Shown here piece by piece: positions 21,040-32,300 of a stretch of 64,000 nucleotides of DNA. Position 1 is the first letter of the stretch. The number at the start of each line of letters is the position of its first letter. This DNA is from Mustelus asterias. Taxonomy: Eukaryota. Both the position numbers and the translations under genes were made by a program. Where the stretch lies: positions 868,001 through 932,000 of the forward strand of contig NW_027590172.1 of assembly GCF_964213995.1 (NCBI RefSeq), written 5' to 3'. The notes beneath the pieces were generated by a model. That model was not told where the DNA came from and ran no database searches. It saw only the letters and a list, made by a program, of their open reading frames with translations.

Positions 21040-22420
21040 TGCACCAGTCCATGTATTTGGTTATTTAAGACTATGTCTTGTCTCAGTTTTATTGTACTTT
21101 GCAATACCTCCTAATTGCTGCATTGTCCGAATCTCAGTGTGCATCAGTCTAGTTCCTTTATCAACAACTACTACGAATGAAGTGGGCTCTGTCAAAGTTT
21201 ATATCAGTCAAGGTACTATATCAGTAATTATCACTAACACACTGGACTTTGTTTCAGTTTAAACCTGTCTCAGTCCTGTATCATTAATTATTACTAATGC
21301 ACTTGGCTCCATCGCAGTTCATATAAATCTCGGTCCAGTATCATTAATTACTCGGCGCTGTCTCAGTTCATGTCGCATAAGCTCCTATATCAGTAAAACT
21401 GCGCTAGACACTGTCTCAGTTTTCTTTTCCTTGGCAATGTCATTTTAAAAATGTTTCTTTCATGCGATGTGGCTGTCATTGGAATTTGGCATTTGACCAT
21501 CCCCACATGGCACTCGGCACTAACTCATTTCTATTTTGTTGGATCTGGCCCCTGTTTATATTAAAACACAGTCTGGTTCTGTTAATACTCTGCTAGATCG
21601 AAATTCAGTTTATATTGCACGAGACATTCTCTCTGGATACGTAATATTTGATACCGACCCTGTATACATTTCACTAGACTGTGTCAGTGTTAATCCTGCA
21701 CTTAACTATAGCTGTTTGAATTATGTCTGTATTACTACATGGTTCTGCGAGAAGAAGAGATAATATGTTGGGATAAAAACACTGTTATCAGGCAGGATCC
21801 AGAAACGGGCAGTATTGGATCGACAGTATTTGGTTGGTGCAGTCTTGGAGGGCCGATAGGCCTTTCCCTGTGCGGTGATTTTCTTTGTTTTTTTGTTCTT
21901 TATTGACAACGCATGCTACACCGGGCTTGGTATCCATTTTCAATGCAGTCAGCAGAAGTACATTTCAGATATCGCTTCTTCTTTTCCCGTGCCCAAAACC
22001 TCATAAAGTTTGCAGAGAATTGTATTCCCCCAACCACTTCCCTCATTACTGGCATTGCCCAGTGCAGTTAAAAACTGAGACCATGTCCAATACAATATAA
22101 ACGTGGACAGGGTCAATTGCAGAAATAAGACTGCATCTAGTTTAATGCAAATAGAGATAGGTCTATATTAATATAAACAGAGACAACGTCTCGCTTAATA
22201 TGAACAGAAACATGGTAACGTATAATATAACGTATAACAGCGTCTAATTTAGTATAAACAGATACAACATCCAGTTTCATATGAGTAGAGACAGGCAATA
22301 TAATATTGTACGTGCAATATAAAAATAGTTAGGGTCCAGTGAAAAATCAACAAAGGCATGGCTTCATAATATAAGTTGACAGAGGGTAAATTTACTGTAA
22401 TATAAAGAGACTGGTTCAAC
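21040..22420. repeat. Inverted pair of degenerate ~24-32-bp minisatellite arrays (paralogs ~34500-35870, ~51530-52860)
   Basis: Left array ctgtctc(a/t)gtttatat..cactgga; right array is its reverse complement, aatataaacagagac..gtc(c/t)agt. Confidence 0.7.
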
Positions 22421-22439
22421 CCCATGAAATTTGTAGAGA

Positions 22440-23100
22440 CGGCCGACTATCCCATCAAAAGCTTACAGGACAGGAGTAACGTGGTGTTAGCTGAAGAATG
22501 CAAAGTTTATTGCCAAATTAAACCCTCCCAAGGCAGGAATAGCATGAGTTACATACAAAGTGAATCTCGCTCTATACTATCCAAATCAAACATTCCCAGA
22601 ACAGTATACTGTCTCGAAAGAGAGTGAAACTCCCTCTACAAAGTCTGCTCAAACAAAATGAAGGCAGAAAGAGCAGTAACTCTCTTCTACGTAAAACCTC
22701 TTCTGCACTCTTCCTTCAGAGATTCGGGAGGCAGATTTAAATTAGTGTTAGGTACAGGGAAAAGAGCTGTCTACATAGTGCCATAAAACACACCCAGGTC
22801 AGGTACAGCAGAGATGAGATACGGATTAAATCTTCCTTGACAAAGTCATATCAAACATTCAAAAGGAAGGTACAGTGAATTTAGATGCAGAGCAAATATT
22901 CCAAAGACAGGGACAGCAGCGGCTAAATATGGGGACAGATCCTTTGGTACTGCCACATTGAATCCTTATCACCAGGTACAGCCGAGGTTAGATACAGAGG
23001 AAAATGTATCAAATATACCAAGATCAAAGAATGCTCAAGACATCTTTTAGAGTCAAGCTCTTTCACAGATTCCAATTCAGTGAGTTAAATTATTTTAGAA
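22440..23100. repeat. Degenerate ~65-bp minisatellite (paralogs ~35900-36540, ~55085-55410; single unit ~8790-8880)
   Basis: Recurring caggtacagca...gttagatacagagtaaa.ctccctctaca..gtcc.atcaaaca.tccca. Confidence 0.75.
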
Positions 23101-23384
23101 GTCTATAACTCTGGCTGAGAGAACACATTGGGTAGACATTGACTTCATGCTGTGGAGTGAAGGCGACGAACCATTGTGGGGAGATCAGACACTGAAACAG
23201 ACAGGAGAAAGACAGAGAGATGAAACAGGAAATTTCAATGAATACATTTGCCGTGTCATTATATTTCGGGATCAGTGGGATGTTTTCCTAATTCTGGACA
23301 TAGATATCATCATGACGTTTTTCCTCATGTAATTTAAAATCATAGCTTTCAATAATATTGAAAAACAATCGTTACTGGAATCCG

Positions 23385-23640
23385 TTGATTGATTTGCATG
23401 TTTGACTCTATTTCTGTGCTGTGTTGGTGGGGAAATATTTGTTGTGTTTTTGTCAGTCAACAATCTAATCTGGGATTTCTATTTCTGTATTTATTTACAT
23501 AAACACCTCACTGTTTACAATGAAATGTTCATGGCAGCAAAACCATAAACCGTCACTTATTGATCTGTTTCAAATCAAAATAGCGTTTATTTTAAGAATA
23601 TTAACAGTTGATTCAAAATTAATAGAAACTTTTTGAACAT
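23385..23640. promoter_or_regulatory. Conserved enhancer-like block B (octamer + forkhead); paralogs at ~36850-37110 and ~55695-55950
   Basis: ATTTGCAT at 23392, 36855 and 55702; TAAACA/TGTTTA motifs; identity between copies clearly higher than in the flanks. Confidence 0.55.
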
Positions 23641-23651
23641 TCATTACACAA

Positions 23652-24335
23652 GATACAAAGTGGCAAAGATTAGTGGGAAAATAGAGCATTTGGAAATCTT
23701 TAAAGGTCAACAGAAAGCCACGAACAAAGCTATAAGGAAAAGTAAGATGGATGATGAAAGTAAACTAGCTTAGAATATAAAAACAGGTATCAAATGTTTC
23801 TACAAATATATAAAGCAAAAAAAAAAGAGTGGCTAAAGTAAACATTGGTCCTTTAGATGATGACAAGGGGGATGTAATAACTGGAAATGAAGAAATTCAG
23901 AGATTTTGAACATATAGTCATTGGAATTCAGAAGAGTGCCGGGAGAATCTTATAGAAGCATATAAGATTAGGAAGGGAATTAATAAGATAGAAGCGGGGA
24001 AGTTGTTTCCACTGGCAGGTGAAACCAGAACTAGAGGGCATAGCCTCAAAATAAGGAGGAGCAGATTTAGCACTCAGTTGAGGAGGAAATTCTTCACACA
24101 AAGGATTGTGAATCTGTGGAATTCCCTGCCCAGTGAAGCAGTGGAGGCTACCTCATTGAATGTTTTTAAGGCAAGGAAAAATACATTTCTGAACAGTAAA
24201 GTAATTAAGGGTTATGGTGTGCAGGCTGATAAGTGGAGCCGAGTCCACAAAAAGGTAGGCCATGATCTTATTCAATGGCGGAGCAGGATCGAGGCGCCAG
24301 TTGGCCTACTTCAGCTCCTAGTTCTTACATTCCTA
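23652..24335 (+). mobile_element. CR1 LINE fragment with an internal deletion, abutting pseudo-VH1
   Basis: ORF 24003-24398 FPLAGETRTRGHSLK...FFTQRIVNLWNSLP is the CR1 ORF2 C-terminus; the upstream part resembles the ORF2 linker. Confidence 0.85.
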
Positions 24336-24492
24336 AGATACTACAAACACTGTCCAGGGACCTGTCTGACCCAGACACCCAGTTGCTGCCATGGGTAAAG
24401 CCACGCGATGGCTTTCCAGGTCAGTCTCAGGGAGCCTCAGGGACGCCCGGTTTCTGCCTCTGGCTGAGCCAACACAATGTCTGATTAGACAC
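24335..24492 (-). pseudogene. IGHV: VH pseudogene 1 (FR1-FR2 only)
   Basis: Decodes as [25 protein letters not shown]...WVRQVPGQCL*YL. Stops, acceptor AG lost, no leader, 3' part replaced by a CR1. A leader-intron remnant at ~24840-24915 matches 14516-14590. Confidence 0.9.
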
Positions 24493-24504
24493 TTTTACAA
24501 ATAT

Positions 24505-24832
24505 GAAAGAAAAACATGTAAAAACAACGCCACGCACCCCGGACATACTCTCTCGCCTTTTTCCATCGCGATGATGCAAAAGCTTGAGGACATTTATAAA
24601 CCGAGTCAAAAACAGTTTCTTTCCTGCTGCATTCAGACTTTTGAATGGACCAACCTCGCATTCAGTTGATCTTTTTCTACTCCCTAGCTATGACTGTAAC
24701 ATTACATTCTATACTCTCTCCCTTTCTTCCCTATGTACAGTATGCTCTGTCTATATAGTGAACACGAAACAATAACTTTCACTGTGTAGTAATATGTGTG
24801 ATAATAATAAATCAAACGAAATCAAATAAAAT
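24505..24832 (+). mobile_element. LINE 3' end (Rex/RTE-like) inserted in the pseudo-VH leader intron; paralog at ~39060-39340
   Basis: R.KNSFFPAAFRLLN motif, aataaatcaaa tail; same insertion point in both pseudo-VH copies. Confidence 0.6.
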
Positions 24833-25562
24833 TTATCAAAAATACCGAGGATTACTCCCGGTGAATTGATTGCTGACACTGGAACATTCCAGAAACAGAT
24901 TAATACTGAGGCAGTAAGATTGAGATCCATTGTAATGTCTCTGCAAGTCCAAGGGGTGAAATTGCATTTGATTATCTGTTATATAAAAGAAACAATTTCA
25001 TTGTAAATTAAATACCTTCATTTCTGCACCTCTTCACAAGGGAATAGACATAAACAAGGTGACATTATCTTATCAGGGTAAAGACGTCAGTCAGATTTGC
25101 AATAATTCTGTGTCTCTAACACATTGCAGCAAAATAATAATTCATTAAAGGAATTATTATCGATTTATGTAACTACATGCTGGGATGATTGTATTTCAGG
25201 TGTGGATAGCTATCCGTGTAATTTGGGACTGGATATAAGCAAAAAGGGAAGCAATGGCTTCGTGTTATTATCGCTATACAATTAATCCACAAACTCAACT
25301 AATGTTCTCAGGATCTGGCTTCGAATCCCGCCACGGCAGATGGTGGAATTTAAATTCAGTAAAAACGTCTGGACTTCGGAATCTACTTATGACCATGATA
25401 TCGTTGTCGATTGTCTTCAGTAATGTCCTTTCGAGAAGGAAATCTGCAGTCCTTACCTGGCTGGCCTACATGTGATTCCAGAGCCACAGCAATGTGGTTG
25501 GCTCTCAACTGCCCTCGGACAAGGAGTGGGCAATAAATGCTGACCATCCAGCGGCATCCATG

Positions 25563-25873
25563 TCCATAGAATCCCTACAGAGCAGAAGGAGGCCATTTGG
25601 CCCATTAGGCCTGCACCGACAACATTCCCACTCAGGCCCTATCCCCATCACCCCACGTATATTCGCTGCTAATTCCCTTGGCATCATGGAAGAATTTATC
25701 ATCGCCAATCAACCTAAGCGGCACATCTTCGGACCGTGTGAGTAAATAGGCAGACAATTGGAGGACGTGCAGACTCCACACAGACAGAGACTCCACGCAG
25801 ATCCAAACCGGGAATTGAATCCGGGTCCCTTGCGTTGTGCGGCAGCAGTGCTAACAACTATGCCACCGTGCCG
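25563..25873 (-). mobile_element. HE1-like SINE (paralog 39907-40185)
   Basis: Same family landmarks on the minus strand. Confidence 0.8.
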
Positions 25874-28545
25874 TCCATGAATGAATTGAAAAAAGAAACT
25901 CCTCATATGATACAATGTTACACCTCATATTTCCCCAACAGCTCCTTAACCCTGTGAAAATTAACAGTGAAAGAAACCTGGTTGACTTATAATTAATTGA
26001 GTTGACAGAGATACATAAAATTGAAATCGATTTTGACAGAGAAATTAATGAATCAGAACCAACACGGCGATCAGGAAAGTTCTCCTTCAGCATCTCAATC
26101 ATTACAGCTCATTTTATTGGCCACCGCTGTCTAACATTCATTCGTCGTGGGAACACAGGATATCAGGACTTTGCGGCATTTTGCACAATATCACAAGAGT
26201 AAATGTTTTATCTTCCACTGAACCAGGTTATGAACTGGTCATTTCTTCACTCATTGGCAGCTATGAGAGGGACTGTTAAATAATCGAAATCAGGTTATGC
26301 TGCACAACAGAACATGGTGCCAATCACGTATAATTGACGTTGTCTTTTTAAAGAGGTGGAGAACACTGAGAATATTCCAGGAATCCGCGCTGTTCAAGGC
26401 AGTTATATGACTTTCTTTTACTTTTAATTATTTTAATTTTGGGCCATTACACTGATCTCGTTGGACTGAGGGATTGGGGACATCAAAATCTCTTTCGTGC
26501 ACTTCATGAAGTTGCTCACAAAGTGGATTTAATTGTTGGAACGACATTTATTTGCAAGTTATACAAATGAAATAGCAACTAGCCAATTTACTAGTTTCCG
26601 ATACTGTTTAATCACATAATGAACAGTGCATTCATTTAAAATATTTGCTGAGAATACCATTTAAAACGTGTCTTTCTTTTGGGAATCAAACATTTATTAT
26701 ATAACTGGCTAAATCCCATTTTATTCTTACAGATTCACGTTAATCTGTCCCACGCAGTATTTGGCAGCAGTCCAACCTGCTGCCAAATACCCGAAGATAT
26801 TTACAGGAAGCATCTGAGGGTGTTTGTTCAGAAACTCAAAGATCTGTTTCCTCAGCACTGAGCGCTTGGCTGCAAGCCAACTTCAAACTCTCAACATTGT
26901 CAATGGGGCCTATTTATAAACAAATCTGCCCAGCAACAGTACTGGAGGCAAGTTAATTATTGTTTAAGTTGTAAACCTATATGAATGCTTCCCATTTCTT
27001 TGGAAAAGAAAGTTTCCAGCTTCTCTGGCACCTTGTTAGCAACAATGATGATCTCTCCAACACAACAAAATACTGTGAACGATGGATAAAAATAAACACA
27101 GGCAGATTGGGAGAGTTGATTCAGAGAGGTGATACATTTTATAATACATAAACATGTATGCTTGTGTTTTATTTCACTTTTTTCTTCCACGGGACGTGGG
27201 AGTCTCTGGAAAGACCAACATTTGTTTCCTGTGCTTAATTTATTTTGAACTGAGTGGTGTGTTAGGACATTTCAGAAGGCATTGCCCAGTTACACATACT
27301 GCTGTCCGTCTGGAGTCACACCCTGGTGAGACTAAGTAGGGATGGCAGATTTCTTTGATTGGGGAATCAGAGTGGTTCATCTGGTCGCTGCAAATATGAA
27401 TCCAGATTTATTGATTGAAATCAAATTCCACCAGCTGCCATGGTCGGATTTAATCTCGCATTCACACATCACTGGCCTGGGCCTCTGGATTACTGCTCCA
27501 CTGGCATTAATATTACGCCACCATCGACACAAGAAATAAATAAATGCTTGTGTTGATGCAGGGATGAACGATAGTTGGATGCCTGAATGTTTTCATCGAG
27601 GAATCAGTGAATGGACTGATGGATGTGATGATAGCTGGTCCTGACATTTGTTGTTCCACATACGCACACTTGTGTTTTACTACTTCAAAAATCGAGGATG
27701 GCCCTTTATTACAATTGTGTCAGTCCACAACCTTTAATCCTTCCAGATTTTCTGGGTGAATTCCATCCCAGGGATATGCGGAACAAATGAATTGAACGTC
27801 ACTAAGAGTAGTCTGATTTCCCCCCCTGCTGATGGTGAATCTCCAAATGCAAGATGGAAAGAGGGAACATGATTAGGTTGATGAGGGAAGATTGTAATAT
27901 TTGGAACATGTGGCCTTCCTCGTGCAACAAAATCACTCAACAGATCATCACCCAAATTAGTGAAGATAATACGCTAAAAAATAAACGATGTGGCAACTAC
28001 AATATTGTGAAACTCACTGGACAGCTTGAAGTTTTAAATTACTTGCCAGAACTTTGTAAAAATGAATCGGGATTTTAAGCGTCTATTAATTCACATTAGA
28101 TACAGATACTTTCAGTTCTACAGTCATTTTTAAAATGGTCACACACTCCAGTTATATATCAGGAGTTTCTGTGTGATGATGAGGTCATTACTTGTTAATA
28201 AAGCGCAGAGGCTGCTGGGTAGCTGCTACTATTTGGCTGATTTAATTCAATTTCCCGCTGAATTCTGGGGCAGATTTGTTTATTTCGTGACAGAAAGGCC
28301 AATGTTATCTCAATACATTTGAATCTGCAGTTTCATTCACTGCAATTATATTTGCATCAAATAAAATACTGACAATAATTGGTGAAATATTAATTTATTT
28401 TTGTGAATTGAAGATTATTGGTAATATTGGCGCCAGGCAATGATCATCTCCAAAAAGGGAGAACCTACCCATTGCCCCTTGTCACTCAATGATATTATGA
28501 TACTGAATCACCCACTATAAACATCGGCGGGGTTACCATTGGCTA

Positions 28546-29385
28546 ATAAGAACATAAGAACATAAGAAATAGGAGCAGGAGTAGGCCATCTAGCCCCTCG
28601 AGCCTGCCCCGCCATTCAATAAGACCATGGCTGATCTGATAGTGGTTTAGTTCCACTTACCCGCCCGCTCCCCATAACCCTTAATTCCCTTATTGATCAG
28701 AGATCTATCTACCTGTGACTTCAACATATTACACGAGGTAGCCTCCACTGCTTCAATGGGCAGAGAATTCCAGAGATTCACTACCCTCTGAGAGAAGAAG
28801 TTCCCCCTCAACTCTGTTCTAAACTGACTCCCCCTTATTTTGAGACTGTCCTCTAGTTCTTGTTTCCTTTCTAAGTGGAAAGAATCTCTCTGCCTCTACC
28901 CTGTCTAGCCACTTCATTATCTTATATGTCTCTATAAGATCTCCCCTCAGCCTTCTAAACTCCAACGAGTACAGGCCCAATCTACACAATCTCTCCTCAT
29001 AAGCTAACCCCTCATCTCTGGTATCAACCTGGTGAACCTTCTCTGTACTCCCTCCAAAGCCAATATATCCTTCCGCAAATAAGGGGACCAAAATTGCACA
29101 CAGTACTCTAGTTGCGGCCTCACTAGTACCTTGTACAATTTCAGCAAGACCTCCCTGCTTTTATACTCCATCCCCTTCGCAATAAAGGCCAACATTCCAT
29201 TTGCCTTCTTGATCACCTGCTGCACCTGCAAACTGAGTTTTTGCGATTCATGCACAAGGACCCCCAGGTCCCTCTGCACAGTAGCATGTTGTAATTTTTC
29301 ACCATATAAATAATAGTCCATTTTACTATTATTCCTTCCAAAGCGGATAACCTCACACTTGTCAACGTTATACTCCATCTGCTGC
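28546..29385 (-). mobile_element. CR1 LINE 3' fragment
   Basis: ORF 29004-29387 (RDLGVLVH...RPQLEYCVQFWSP); (TAAGAACA)n tail at 28546-28568; absent from the paralog near 45780. Confidence 0.92.
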
Positions 29386-32300
29386 ATTATAATCGCTGCA
29401 TTAACTAGGTATATAAATGCTCCGGCTAGAATATCAGGTTACCCTGCTGTGAGTAACCCACCTCCTGACTCCCCAAACCTGTGCACCACCGACACGACAC
29501 AAGTCAGGAGAGTAAAAGGGTTCTCTCCACTTGCTTGAGTAAGTGCAGCTCAAACAGTATTCAAGAATCTTCATACCATTCAGGACAAAGCAGCCGGCTG
29601 GACTGGCACAGCATTTGCAAATGCTCAGTCCCTCCACCACAGAGAGCAGCATTAAGTACCATCTACAAGTTTCACTTCCGAAACTCACCGAAACTCCTTA
29701 CGCAACACCTTCCAACCACACGACACCTACCATCTGGAAGGACAGGGGTAACAATTACCAGGGAATATCACCTATAAATTCCCCTCCAAGTCAGTCATAT
29801 ACCTGACTTGGAAATATATCGTCCTTCCTTCACTATCGCTGGATCGAAATCCTAGACGTCCCTCTGCAACAGCACAGTGTGGGTACCAGCACCACCGGTT
29901 CTGCAGCAATTCAAGAAGGTAGCTCACCACCAGCTCACTAAGGGCAATTAGGTATAGGCAACAAATACTGACTGAGCCAGCGACGCACGTATCCATTAAA
30001 TTAAAACTTAAACGATTAATGTTTATGAATGGATGATAACTTATGAACAAAATTGTGTAACTTTGTGAATGGATGGCAATTGGTGAAAATAAATACCAAC
30101 TTTCTGAACATTTATGACCTCTTTCTCTGCCAGAAGATAGGTTCCGTTCCACAGGAGACTCATAATTCAAAAGCATCACACTATCCGAAGACAAGGTCGA
30201 CAGAAGAGGCAGCAACATCTGCAGCTGTATCTCAATCATAGCATCATGGGAAAGGCCTTTGATAGGATGACAATTTTGTTACTCATCTGCTTGAAGACCG
30301 GGATTAACCTGAAGCACAGTGTTGTGTTTGTGTTGGAAGATATACGTATCATAACCATACCTTCCTGAATCTAAATAAGACATTCGACACTAGCATCAGA
30401 GCAGAGACTACAAGATTTGGGGGAACTAGGCTCTCCAACAAAAATTCCTCGGTCTCATTCATGACACAGAAAACGACAATATACAACCACAACTAATAGC
30501 TTCATGGGCAACACTTGCCGTTGAATCAACCTCTCAAAAATTGCCCATCGAGTCTGCACCGAATCTCTGACAGAGTATCTGAGCCAAACCCTTTCCCCTA
30601 CCCATGCCCCATCGCCCCACACATTTACCATGACCAATCCACCTAATCTGAACATCTTTGGATACTAAGGGGCAATTTAGCATGGCCATTAGAATGTATT
30701 CCATATTTATTAATTGAATTCAAATTCCACCAGCTGCAATGCTCCGATTTAAATCCCTGTCCCCACATCATTGTCCTGGGCCTCTGGATCACTGGGCCAA
30801 TTAAATTAATATTACGTCACCATCTGCACAAACAATAAATGAATGACTGTCTTGATGCAGGAATGAATGACAGTTGAATGAATGATAGTTGGATGAATGA
30901 CAGTTGGATGCCTGAATATTTTGATTGAGGAATCAGTGAATGGATTGATAGATGCATTGTTAAATGGTACTGGAAGATGTTGTTCTACATTCCCATACTT
31001 GTACTTGACTGGTCCATAAATTGAAACAGCTCCTTTATCCCATTTCTGTCAGTCTAATAACGTCAATACTTCCAGAAGTTCTGGGAGAAATCCAACCCTA
31101 GTTTCTCGGGAGTTAGCAAGCTGATCCTCACGAAAATGAAGAGGGGATTTTCCTGCAGCACGGATGGTTCATTTCTCTGCTGATGCTGAATATTCATATC
31201 CAAGATCGAAAGAGGGAACATGATTTGACTGAGGAGGGAGGTTTGTAATATTTGAAACATGTGCAGCAAATCACTCACCATGCCCTCACCCAAATAAATG
31301 AAGGTCACAGGCTGTAAAATAAATAATGTGGCAACAGAGAAATTGTGAAACTCACTGGATAACTACAAGTGTTACATTATTTCCCAAAACTGTGTAATAA
31401 TGAATCGGGATTTAAAGATTCAGTAAAATCATATTTGGTGCAGGTAGTTTAATTTGTATGATTACTTTGGAAATCATCGCACCAGTTATGATTCAGGAGT
31501 TTAAAGCGCAGAGACTGCTGGGTAGCTACTCATGATCCTCGGTCTGTATTCATTCAATTTCCAACTGAATTCTGGGACAGATTTTATCCTTGGTGACAAA
31601 AAGGTGTCAATAAATGTTAATATCAATAAATTATTGAAAGCAAAGTTGTATAGAAGGAAATACTGGAAACAAACAGAAAATGCTGGAAAATCTCAGCAGG
31701 TCTGACAGCATCTGTGGAGACAGAATAGAGCCAACGTTTCGAGTCTGGATGACGCTTCGGCAGAGTATTCCTGATGCGTTGGAGAGATCATCATTGTTTC
31801 TAACAAGGTGTCAGAGAAGCTGCATAACTTTCCTGTGAAATGGGAATAGTTCAAATAGATACTGTTTAATTATATGCACTATTTCGAGCTACACACAAGT
31901 TTCATCAATTTACATACCGATCCCAAAAATCATCAACTTCTCCATGCTAACTAACCTAATCAACATCTCAATCGCTAACTATATCCTAATCCCTTTCCAC
32001 CTCATCATTTCCCAATGTCATCACCCTCTTCAATTTCCCCCAAATAAAAAAAAGGGTCATCCCGACTCGAAACTTTGACTCTATTAAATTATAGCTTAGA
32101 CAGTCGCCCACCTTCCATCAAGTAATTTTAAATAGACTAAACTTTGTGAATGAATGAGAATTAGTGAATGCATTTATTAAATTGTGAATGGACGGTCATT
32201 GGTGAAAATAATTACTATCTTTCTGAACATTTATGACATTCTCCTTATTTGCTGGAAGATTTAAGGTTTGTAGTTAATTTATTAATGTCACAAGTAGGCT

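Noticed and set aside
10870-23100. Regularly recurring short motifs as a CRISPR-like array or extra J segments
   Set aside because: Vertebrate DNA; units are degenerate with related rather than unique spacers; no RSS, WGxG or splice donor at the intron motifs.
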